Source of the DNA: Rhizodiscina lignyota | Taxonomy: Eukaryota | DNA length: 64,000 nucleotides | Direction of reading: 5' to 3' | Assembly: GCA_010015805.1 (NCBI GenBank) | Contig: ML978122.1 | Span: 2,514,453 to 2,578,452 of the forward strand | Translations under genes and position numbers: made by a program | Part shown: positions 12,524 to 23,726 of the stretch, piece by piece | Numbering within the stretch: position 1 is the first letter of the stretch | How the letters are laid out: every line of letters begins with the position of its first letter | The notes under the pieces: generated by a model | Databases searched by the model: none | Seen by the model: the letters and a program-made list of their open reading frames with translations, nothing else | Told to the model about the DNA's origin: nothing

Positions 12524-13738
12524 ATGTCTGCCCGTTCCTCTCTCGCGCGACTCACTGCTCTGCGTTCGCACTTCCACACCAATCTGCGACCCCAGCTAAG
12601 CTCTTCCACACCAGCTGCACCTACGAGATCGTTCCAGACAGCAGCGCCGACAATGGCACCCCTCCCCAAGACCATGAAGGCCGTCGAAATCGACGAGACT
12701 GGCGGCGTCGAAGTCCTCAAGTACCGCGACGTGCCCGTCCCAGAGCCAAAGGCAGGCCAATTGCTCGTCAAGAACGATGTCGCGGGCATCAATTACATCG
12801 ACACGTGCGCAATCTCCACCCTTCAACCCTCACAACTATGCCTTCTCCTCCATGAGCAAGACTGAGCTGACGCGTTGTGACTCACCAGCTACTTCCGCTC
12901 CGGCCTCTACAAACCGCCCACCTTTCCCTACCGCCTCGGACGCGAGTCCGCCGGCACCGTCATCGCTCTCGGCCCCTCCTCCGCAGACGCGAATTACTAC
13001 GGCATCAAGGAGGGCGACCACGTCATCTGCCTCTCCGAGGCGACATACGCGCAATACTCAGCCGTCCCCGCAGTCAAGACCCTCAAGATACCATCAGGCG
13101 TGAGCAGCGAGACCGCATGCGCAGCGTTCCTGCAGGGCCTCACGGCGCTCACGATGATACGCGAGAGCTATGCGGTGCAGAAGGGCGATTGGATACTGGT
13201 GCATGCGGCGGCGGGAGGGACAGGGCAGTGGCTTGTGAGGTTGTTGCACGCGACGGGGGCGAAGACGATTGCGACGGCGAGCACGGACGAGAAGCTGGCG
13301 CTTGCGAAGAAGCTCGGCGCGGACGTGCTGGTCAACTACTCGAACGAGGACGTCAAGGCGAAGGTCATGGAGGCCACAGGCGGGAAGGGCGTTGCGGCCG
13401 TGTTTGACGGCGTGGGCAAAACGACGTTCGATTTATCGCTGGACTGTCTCGCGCGGAAGGGTACGCTGGCCAGCTTTGGCAATGCCTCGGGCGCAGTGCC
13501 ACCGTTTGCAATTGCACGGCTCAGTGGCAAGAACATCAAGTTGTTAAGGCCGACGCTGTTCCAATATATTGATACGAGGGAAGAGCTGGAGCACTATGTC
13601 AACGAGATGTTTGGACTGATTAAGGAGCACAATTGGGAAGTGCCGGTGCACAAGGTGTATCCGCTGAGTGAAGCAGGAACGGCACAGGAAGATCTCACGG
13701 GCAGGAAGACGACAGGGAAGCTGTTACTGAAACCGTGA
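12524..13738 (+). CDS. ZTA1: NADPH:quinone oxidoreductase (zeta-crystallin/MDR family); intron 12805-12888; second in-frame ATG at 12653
   Basis: GINYIDTYFRSGLY across the splice junction; LVHAAAGGTG, VFDGVGKTTF and GRKTTGKLLL motifs. Confidence 0.9.
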
Positions 13739-13977
13739 ACAAAAAGTCGAAAGTGAATTGATCCATTCGTTGGAGGGTATCTAACATTTTGCTAGAAGTA
13801 AAGTGACCGCCCATGTTTTCAGTGAAAGAAAAGCTTCGATTCAATCAACCAAAGCATCGCCGAGTCTGTTCCATGAAGCCCAATTTTTGTTATGCAATCT
13901 GTGACACATCGATGAACAACTCGTCAGTGAAATTTGACCTTCTCTGCACCAAGAGTAGGTTCCTAGAACCACATCAT

Positions 13978-15880
13978 TTAATCAGTGTCACTTTTAGAAG
14001 GCTCGCCAACTTCTTCATCCTCATCCTCTTCAGTCTTCCACGTCACCGGCTTGATCGGCTTCGGCACCAGCTCGTTTGGGAGATACGTGAAGAAGCTGCA
14101 GTACGTGCGGCTCACGGTGTCGATGTTCCAGAGGCTGGGGCCGTCTTTGTCCTTGAGCGCGAGACGGCGGATCGTGGCCTCCATCTTCATTCCCAGGAAG
14201 ACGCTCTTGAGGATGTGATCTTCGACCCAGAACTCGTAGTCGGGGAACTCGTCCTTCTTGGTCGTGGTTGCAGAGTCCTTCTGAGCTTTTGGTACATCCC
14301 ACGTCTGGAAGTCGGGCACCTCCCACTTCTTGCACCACATGCGCCCCAGCATCTTGGCCTCGATATCCTCCTTGATCTTCGGATCCAGATATACCTCCTC
14401 TGCCCGATGATCACCGAACTCAATCTTGGTAACCTCAAGTCCAAGCGTCTTCTCCTCGGCCACAACCAGCTGTTCGGAAAGGGATTGGCGCAACACGGCC
14501 ATCGGCTTGAACAACTCCTCTGACCCATGCGCCGTAAGTGCCAGCGCCAACAGAGCCTTGGCCTTGTCATCCGACATGCCCGATCCACCTTCCTTACTTC
14601 CCCACACCTCATCACCGTACACGTTCTCGGTCACATCTTGCATCCATGCCGCCGTGCTCTTGACATAAAGGCCCTCGTGATAGCCACCAGTCAACACGGA
14701 ACATGCGACATTGAAGTCACCGGGCAAGTGGAGGCCAGCAGCAAAGACATTGGGCAGCTCCTCTGCAGCGAGGTTGCAGACGGCCTTCGCTGCCTGGATG
14801 CTGGCGATGAGATCGCGCTCGGCAGTCGGAGAGCAGACATCGTGGATGAGAAGATAGTTGTAGAAGTTTGCCAGAATACGAGTCGTGAGCAGATATTCGT
14901 TTGGCGGAACGACGGTTGGGAGGAAAGAGGACCTATGCTAAAGTTATAAAACCGGCTCTTCCAGTAACACTAAATGTGGGGGAAAGAAACATACAAGAAT
15001 CCCTTGACCACGCCTTCGAAGTCCACGACCCACTTGCGCTCGCTTGGATCCTTGTCGTCACCAACTTGATACTTGCTCTTCACCTCCGAAATCTCCAGTG
15101 CCGACATGCCTTCCAAGTCATTCTTGCTGAGTCCAGCGAATTGATTCACCACAGCCTCAATCCCGCCGTACTTCAAGAACGCGCCGAAGATGTTCATGTT
15201 GCTCTGATGAAACTTGCGGCGTCCGGTGTAGCGATGGATGGCGACTTGGATACGAGCGTGAAACGGCTCATCAGGATCGTAGATCTGGCGCTCCTCGGCG
15301 TACTCGGCAGGAGTGACGGGCGGATCAGTGTAGTACTCCTCGAAGCCAGTGGGCTTGAGCATGCCCTTCGTCATTTCCGGCTTGTTTGGGTCACGCTGAG
15401 GGCCCGTCACGATGTTTGGCGGCAACTTTGCCTTCTGCTGGCCACCGAATTGCTTCTCCACGTTTGGAAGCGCGACATAGTCGATGTCACCATCGGGCCA
15501 GTGATACGGGATCTTGCGGCGGATTCTCTTGTCAGGCGTGATCTCCAGGAAGGGAGACTTCTTGAGCGCGGCAACGACCGCGGCGAGAGGCTTGAAGCGC
15601 TTCATCTTGGAAAAGCTCATGACGTGCTTGACGGAGATCGTGTCGTTGGCGTTGCCGTTCATATGCATCCTGAGGTACGAGTCGGTGGCGAGGTTTTCGT
15701 CAGAGAAGTAGAATTCTACCTGTACGTAAAGTTAATATGTCCAAGAGAATTGAGTGTGAATGGAGCGCTTGCCTGACGGCGGATCTCGTCTGCTTCGGGG
15801 TGCTCTTGAGGATCTTGCTCAGCGGTAGCCATGGAAGGCGTCTCGCCTGCAGTGCGTTCAACCTTTGACATTGCAGCCAT
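13978..15880 (-). CDS. arb1: La-motif + Arb1 (Argonaute-binding protein 1) fusion protein; introns 15720-15772 (GC-AG) and 14933-14994
   Basis: Spliced N-terminus IRRQVEFYFSDENL..D.YL..SFSKMK is a La motif; PTGFEEYYTDPPVTPAE..EERQIYD..RIQVAIHRY and NFYNYLLIHDVC match the Arb1 family. Confidence 0.8.
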
Positions 15881-17771
15881 GTTGTTGGATGGTTGAGTCA
15901 AGTGGTTGTGTGAGCTCAAGGAATGCAAATGAGAGTGCAAAGGGAGAGGATGAACGAAGGAACCAATTTCCGAAAAGGTTGTGTTTACTTGAAGCTTAAG
16001 CTCCCGCGGGAGACAGTGCGTAAAACGCGGCGCGCGAATTGTGGTGTCAAGTGAAGCGAACGGTGTGAAAACACGATCAGTCGGAAACGCGCAGGAAACG
16101 AGAGCAAGAGCGTTCCCGACTCGCAGAGGAAGTGAATGAAATGCTTAAAGAAAGGATCATTTGGATAACATCTTTCATTCGAATCCTCCGCCCTTTTCAC
16201 GCCTCTCACGACGCGTCGAGTTTTCACGCGTTGAGGTTCTTCGCAGACGCTGCTCCAGTGATGACGTCCATGGCGTTCCTTCCGTCTTCCAGCCCTACGA
16301 ACGAGGCACAAGCCAGAAAAAGCAGAGCCACACACGTTTCAGGACGTCTTATCATAGAACTTCCATTATTCTCTTCTTTCGTTCAGCCATCCAACAACTC
16401 ACGGGAGTGTGACACTTCTGATATGTATCGTGTCTGGATGTATCTCAGCTAACCACAGACGGCAAAGGATAACAAATCAAACGCATACTTGAATAGGCAA
16501 AAGCCTCGTCTCAGTAGCAGCTTTTAGGACCCCATGCAGGGCAGAAGCTATGTCCTGCTAGACAATTTGCCAGTCATCTAACTCTTGAAGAGTGGTACAC
16601 AACTGACATATCTTCTCAAGCAACGAACATGCGCTCCATTCCTGCTGTCAAAGTCTGGACTGTCTCTAATGCTCAAGCTGTTCCGTTCCTAAGCTGGCCG
16701 GAAGCCAGCGACCGCCAGTCTGCTCTGAGTGACACGAATTCAACCGGGCGTTGGCTGTCAGGCTCACTCGGATCACCATTGACATTATAAAGAAATACCA
16801 ATTCAGCTATAGCCTCTAGGGTCGAACGCTCGATTACGAACGCTGCGACTAAAAATACCGAGCATTTCTCCACCTAATCCAAATACGATCTCTCTACACT
16901 GCTTTCGGTTGGCTGCCGATCTCCCGATTCTGCACTCAGCCCCCTGGACGAGATAAGCGCTACACCAAACTCGAACCTACATCAGCTCTCTCGCAGATCG
17001 ATCAAATGATGCACTACATCTGTGGCACTGTGCGAACCTCGATACACCCTCGATCTTGAGTCCTTATGTAAGACCACGCATCTACTAGGTGCAGGGTTGC
17101 AAAGGTCCCCATCAAAGTCTAGTATTGATAATTATTGGGACGGCTCTCACTGGCTCAACCTCATCTGGTATTTCTCGCCTTTTCCGTCTTGATGACACTC
17201 GCAGATGCTCGGATCGTACGGACACGGTAGTCAGGCTCGCCGTCAGTCGCCGTCACAGGCACAAGGTCATCTTCTTACTCAACTTTAACCCCTATATCAG
17301 CGTATGACTGGCCACCACAACCAAGGGCATACGCAACATCCTCGCTGGCCTTGCTGCATTTCGCTACAGCTGCACTGGAAGCGAGGAGCGACCCCAGACT
17401 TGGACCAACATTCCCGTCCAGTTTACAAGAAGACGAAAATCCTGAAACACGCCGAGCTGATGAGATGCAGCACGGATTATTGTTCCCCGCTGTATTCGCG
17501 CCTGGAAATGCCCTTACGCTCAATACGGTCCTTTTTGGATGTCGTCAGAGGTACCAGGAACGATCGAAAGAAGCCTCGCCTAGCCCCCAGATTTGGCATC
17601 TTTTCAGCCAAGAGTATATAGGGTCAGCTCTTATGCTTCTCAGACTTCTCGATATATTTCACAAATTTTCTATTGACAAAAGCCAAGAGCTACCATTTCC
17701 GCTATCTCTTTTTTTCCATCTACTATTTTCCTAGTTTTCCTACTTCCCTTTTTTCCTTACCTAATATCAAA

Positions 17772-18524
17772 ATGAAGCTCTCGCTTGCTAGCTGCCTCAT
17801 TCTGGCCCTCGGCGTCACTGCCGTCCCTCTCGAGGAGCGTCAAAACGTCGTCGCGTCTACTCAGGCCGTAGCGGACAGCAACGGATCGAATAACGTTGTG
17901 GCTGCCACCAGTGCCAACGCAGGCGGGCCTGCCACAACTCCAGCTGTCCAACAACTCGACTCCATCCCGAAGGCACCCGCCCCAGCCCCAGCGAAGCCGG
18001 ACACCAGCACTATTCCTTCGAACCTTGCGGCCATGATTCCTTCCGACATCTTGGACGGTTCGCACGCCTCCTCGCTCGCCGCGTCCCTGAGCAGCTCTGG
18101 AGCGGAGGCAGCAGCCAACGCCATGACCTCCGACTTCTTGAAGAACGCTGACTTCCCGAGCACCTTCCACAAGTGCAGCGGCACATCCAAACCCGACGGT
18201 TCTATGTACGCAGAGTATTTCTTCGACAAGGTGTCATCCAAGAACTACAAGTCTTTCTGCCCCGACTGGGAGAAGGCCATCAAGGGAAACAAGAAGTGCC
18301 CCAAGGAGATCTACAGCGGCGAGAACTGGATGAACTGCAAGATTGAGCCATTCGGCTCAAGCGACGCTTACGGCTACTCATCGTTCCATATCCCCAAGGG
18401 CATCGACTCCAAGACTGCCTTCGAGTGTCTGGGTGACACGTACAGCGCCGAGCTCAAGAGCCCCTATGGCAAGATCGGCTCTTGCAGCACCTCCGTTACC
18501 AAGACATCCGTCAAGTTCTACTGA
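17772..18524 (+). CDS. Small secreted protein (250 aa) with a 6-Cys C-terminal domain; candidate effector
   Basis: Signal peptide MKLSLASCLILALGVTA, pro-piece ending EER, A/P/S-rich linker, six Cys after residue ~130; intronless with C/G-rich third codon positions. Confidence 0.8.
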   Translation: MKLSLASCLILALGVTAVPLEERQNVVASTQAVADSNGSNNVVAATSANAGGPATTPAVQQLDSIPKAPAPAPAKPDTSTIPSNLAAMIPSDILDGSHASSLAASLSSSGAEAAANAMTSDFLKNADFPSTFHKCSGTSKPDGSMYAEYFFDKVSSKNYKSFCPDWEKAIKGNKKCPKEIYSGENWMNCKIEPFGSSDAYGYSSFHIPKGIDSKTAFECLGDTYSAELKSPYGKIGSCSTSVTKTSVKFY

Positions 18525-18894
18525 ACTTTGCGGTGAAGGGTTCCCGTTGGCCGTTCGCGGCTCTATGACGGGCGAGAAGAAGGGTCAGGGACCAGGCTGG
18601 CATATGCATGGATGGGCGTTTAAAAAATGAAAAGAAAAATCATAGCGGTAACTTTTAGTCTTAGTCTCTATTCATCTCTTAAGATTCATTCATTCGGCAG
18701 TGCCGTCAAAGTAGACAAATTAAAAAGTACTTTAAATAGCGCTTGACGCTGCCAGACTACGAGCCGACCGAGCCTGCCACGTATCTTATACGCAAACTCA
18801 ATATGGAAACAGTGTGCATTTTGTGCAAATGCCCTTGGGTATCACATATCATACATTTAGTGAGACAGCCGCCCAACCGTAAATGCACCAGATT

Positions 18895-20186
18895 TTACGC
18901 CGTGCCCAAGCCATCTAAGAGATCCTCTAATACTTTTGCCATGCTCCTCACTCCCTGTAGAGCGTTTTCATCCCGGCCTTTGCCAGGCGTCCACCTTGCG
19001 TGCGCGAAATCAATTAGCTTGACTGCCGCGAGCTTCGGACCCAGCTCTTCGTCATCGTCGTATTCATCATCCATCTCTTCGTCAATACCGTCTTCTACTT
19101 CGGCAGCTAGCTTTGCCTTTGTAGCTTCGTAAGCCTCCGGGTCGCCCTCGTACACGAACAGTATGCTCGCAGAGTACATCCGACTCTCCTCATTCTCCAG
19201 TGCCTCCTGGATGCCGCGAAGTTCTCCCGTAAAGTAGCTCAACAGCTCTTGTGCCCTTTCTTGCTCATTGTCTTCTGCGTCGGCCCTCGTACGACAGGGC
19301 ATCCCAATGTACTCCCTAAACCCATCCGCCACGTTCTCCGTAATGAAATTCCGCCCATAAAACTTGGTGTACTTCGTGTATCCACTATCCTCGTCATACT
19401 CCCACATATCGGCCTTCTTCTCGCCCTCCTTCAGCACCTCGTCCTTGACCTTCTCCTTCCCGCCCTTCTCCACTTTGGGCCCGCGCCCCCAGACCTTCAT
19501 CCCCGCTATCCTGAACCCCAAACTCCCACTTGTGCTTCGCGCCGCGACATCATCCAGTCGTGCCCTCTTCGCGGCAGGAGCATCGTCGTCCCATAACCGT
19601 GCGCCCAGCTTGACGTCTAGTATATTTGGCTTCGTGAACCCAGCCGCGACGTCCTCCATCACGATGTGTAGGTCTGTGTCGAGCGGCTTGCCATGCAAGC
19701 GGTCCCCTGACTCTGCGACTGCTGTTCCATTCGCCGTCGCCGTCGCACTTGAAGTCGCTGGGTTGCTCGCGGTCGCGCCAGAGGCGGTTACGTCACCGCT
19801 CGAACCGCTGTTGGAAGTCGAGTTCGAGTCCGAAATAGAGCCACCGCGCGTCAGCGTGCCCATGAACGTCGGCATATATTGTGCGAAGGCTGGATGCTCT
19901 GCCGCGGCGGACTCGTAGAAGGAGACTTCGGCTTGGGTGCATGGCTTGATTACTAGAGCGCCGGAAGCGTCTGAGAGGACGCCCTCGCTAAAGAATGACA
20001 CGAAATATCAGCGGCTGACCCAAATATAAGAACTCTAGACTGAAATCGCGTGCCTGACGCGTGCATGACGCGAGAGGGAAGGAGCTTGTGCTCGTGGCGG
20101 AGGCGAGAGTGAACGTACTGTCCTGCGGCGACATTGTTGTATGCTACGAGCGAATCGGCGTCAATTGGCACGGAGGGTTTTGGCAT
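18895..20186 (-). CDS. IPK2: Inositol polyphosphate multikinase; intron 19988-20118
   Basis: AAGHEGV across the junction; PNILDVKLG (PxxxDxKxG), SASILFVY and KLIDFAH motifs. Confidence 0.9.
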
Positions 20187-20547
20187 ATTCGCAGGAGGGG
20201 GTGGTAGCGTTGTGGAAACATTGATGCAGGAGAGAAAGTTTGTCCTTGAGGTTTTCTGATAAATCACGGCGCCCTGATTGTCGCCCCAATTGAGGTGGTA
20301 TTGCGAATGCTGGGCACGGACCATTTATAGCCGAGCGTAGGTTAATTACGTCGTTTGAAATTGTGATGTTCATTTTGTTTTCTGGCTAATACCCGCTTAG
20401 CTACGCCCAGATATGTATACTGAAAGCCCGTTTGCCCTGTCGGACTCCGATCGCTACGCCGCCCATGCAAATGCCCAACACCCACGCACGTCAAACTCGG
20501 GCCACCATCGTAAAGGCCCGCCCGTGGAATTCAGGCCTTGAAATGAA

Positions 20548-21702
20548 TCATTGGACTACATCTCCGTTTGGCATGACGAAGCCTCTTCCAGAGCTCGTGC
20601 CAGGCCTCTCCCCATTCACTGCCCTGGCCTCCATCTGCAGCTGCTGGCTCGCCGGATCCCGGTTCATCTCGGGTGAAGATACATAGGCGACGGACGTACG
20701 ATTTGAACGCGGCGATTGATCCACCTGCATCGCGTCGCTGCCAGCCGAGGTTGGTGGTTGCGGATGGATAATGTTCTGCTGCTCGAGGCTATGGCTTCTG
20801 CTATGGCCGCTGTGACTGCGCGCATGAGCGTGACCGTTTACACCAATTGCTGGTGAGCCCATTGGCGGAGGCATCGATTGTCCGTTAGTTTGATAGCCAT
20901 AAGGTAACTGTTGCTGTTGAGGTCCTCGTGACTGCCCCTGTGCATCCTCCATCTGAACCTCGCCCTGACCGCTCCGACTCACAGGTCGTGCGGCCCTCTT
21001 CTCGGCCATTTCCGCCTGCTTCTTCGCTTGCTTCTCCTTGAAGTCGCGGTAGCTCTGCGTCCTCGGGACGACGTCGCTCAGGAACTCCAGGTTGTCGATC
21101 CGCGCGACGGCGTTAGCGACATCCTTGTACTGGATATTGCGACGTGGCTTGCGCTCGGATTTGACAACATTGTGCGTCTGTTCGACAAGATACTGCACGA
21201 ACATTTCAGTGGCGACTGTGATGACAAAAGCGGCATTGTTGGAACAGGAGGTTGTGTCGGGGTCTGTGGCGATGATTTTCTTTACTCGGGCAACTGTGAA
21301 ACAAGGAGATTAGAAGAGATTACGGTGCTCTACATGAATCCGTCGTCATAATGAGCCAGATGAAGTTTTCAGTATTCGCAGCTGTTCTCCTCTTGATGGC
21401 GCAGCTCCTACGGCGTTGAAATGCGCTTTGAACGAAACGGTCACGGGACTTCTAAGGGGCTTCATGGGGGGCTTCAATGACTGTTGGATGGGCGTTGAGG
21501 TGCTTTGACAGAGTGTGTAGACAGAATAAGGACGCAAGAAGTATTCAATATCTCGCACACACGGAAAAGTCTGGGGAGGTAAGAACATCCAATGAACGAG
21601 GCTGATTGTTATGGGATAAAGGAGCAGAATCAACTCACGTGGCAAAGATACTGAGCCTGTAAACTCTGTAGGAGGTTGTATTGGCGTATTGTTGTACGGC
21701 AT
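20548..21702 (-). CDS. Histone-fold CBF/NF-Y-like protein (DPB3/DLS1/CHRAC-like); one 345-nt intron at 21294-21638
   Basis: Spliced SLPLARVKKII..D...SNNAAFVITVATEMFVQYL and IQYKDVANAV...LEFLSDVVP. Confidence 0.85.
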
Positions 21703-23726
21703 GGTGATGGTGTGACGGTCGTCGGAATTGGCGAGTCCTTTCGGGAGTTCTTAATGGGTTGCGATGGCTATGAAGCGATTCCAGTCGCGTCAAGACGCGT
21801 GTATTGGACGCGTAGATGCCAAATAGTTCCGTGGACTGATGGCTGATGATGAGTTTCGAAGGTTTGACACGTCCGCGGAGAGTGGAGGTTGAAAGGAAGC
21901 TCGTCAGTGGAGAGGTGTAGTGGCCAAAAATCCGCCCACGCGATCCCTCCCAAACGTTCACCCTGCCGAATGTTTTGGGCTGTGGCTGGAGCTCGTTAAA
22001 ATGTCAACTTGGCTGGACCAATTTGGCCAATAGCGTCGGCGTCTCGGGGCCGCTTGTCACCAGAAAAGGTCGGCCAACCTTACGTTCGTTGTGTGCTTGA
22101 ATTGCGAGTTATCCTAGAGTTATTCGCATACTTAGCATTGGTGCTACCTCAATTCGCAACGTCCCAAGAATTACGATTTATCTGTATCGTGCGTGCCAAC
22201 TATCCATGTATAACCTTGGCATTGTAACCAGTCCAGTACATCGAACCGACGGAAAGAGCCGTCTCCACCTGAACTTTAATCCGTTCAAGAGGCCTCGAAG
22301 CTTCATGTGCCACTTTCTTCTCCCATCCTCTATTTGATCCTCCACGAGATATCATCGTGGAAAGGACCATAGTCTCGATTGCTCCGTACTCGTCCTTTGC
22401 TTCGGCGTGCCACATGCAACATACGACCTACCTGAGTACCTAAGTCATTCCGGACTCAGAGACGCAAGGGTTCACGAACTTCTACGACACTACTTGTAGA
22501 CTTTGTACACAAAAAGTTGCTCATGCTCAGATAATGACTGTATCATAATATCAAGATTTGCCTCATCCGGCAGAGCGGAGAGATACTCTAACTACGATAC
22601 CTACCTCCTCAGTTATTCGCTCCGCCCACTCAAAGTTAAGATACTAATGCAACATTAAAAGTCTAGAAGAAATGAAATGCGGAATTTAGACAACAGAGTT
22701 GAAGAAGTAACTGTGAGGCTGTGAAATGTCCATAGTAGAGTTGTGTGTTCAGAAAGAACATTGCGCTGGCTCCGTGGTCATACGTGGTCTTCGGCGTCCC
22801 GTGTAATGCCGATCGACTACGCCGGCTACCAGGCGATAGTTAGTTTGCTTTTATTGAAAACCTTCTTCTCTCAATCGTAATCCGAGTTTCGTCCTGATGC
22901 ATTGCGCTGTGTGGCGTGACCAAAGCTATTATTTGGCCTTTCGGGGCCCTTGAATTAGAAACCCTAGGACCGAAGAAGGTAATGTTAGTTTGCTAGTCTT
23001 TAGAACCTCGTAGGGCATGACATAACATGCACAGTTGCAGCGGCATATGGCAGCATAGCTGAAACTGAAGGATTCTTAAGGCTGTTTCAGAACCACCTTT
23101 TCCGCTTACGGCGCTTCCAAAGTGGAAATTGTAGAGCGTGTCTATAAACAGAAAAGAGAGTATTATAGAGGGCCCCAATAGATGAATTTATCCACCCCTG
23201 TTCGGAGGTGGAAGTTGCCCCATAGAGGTAATTAGGCGAGGTCAAAGTTCGAAAAGAACTTCCAACTGGCCCCTGTTCTGAAGTGGCTAAACTCGCCTTA
23301 CAGCAAGCAAGAAAGAGACGGCTCTCAGAAAAAAACATATCAGAGTATGGGAAAGTGGATAGATGGGCATATGTCGGTGTTCGTCCAGAAGTTCCATCAA
23401 GGGCCATCAGTTACGCGTTGAAGTACTCTACCCCGTGACAGAGTCTAACGAAAGAGACGTTCGGAGTGGCTTGCTCAGTGCTTAAACACATTACCGTCGA
23501 ACATTTCAAGCAGAAGAAGCCCCTTTTGGGTCGTCATGAAAATTGGAGATGAAGTCGTAGATTTCTACGTACGCGTCTCTCCATCGCGGCTGCCGATAAT
23601 CACGACACGGCAATTGCCGCATTGAGCTTCAGCCTTACGACGGCTTACCTCCAAGGAGAACAACAATTAAACCTTAGCACAAAGCTGCATCAATCTTGCA
23701 AGCTCGTGCACTTTGGATGCGATGAA

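Noticed and set aside
14901..15776. 291-aa plus-strand ORF and similar long antisense ORFs (e.g. 7544-8176, 19364-19918)
   Set aside because: Antisense shadows of GC3-rich genes on the opposite strand
21840..21900. TGATGA C-box-like motif
   Set aside because: No convincing D box with a terminal stem
22418..22440. acatacgacc resembles the start of a fungal 5S rRNA
   Set aside because: Similarity stops after about 10 nt; no internal 5S motifs follow
23087..23407. 106-aa ORF with a repeated TSEQG
   Set aside because: Only a short imperfect duplication; no family resemblance
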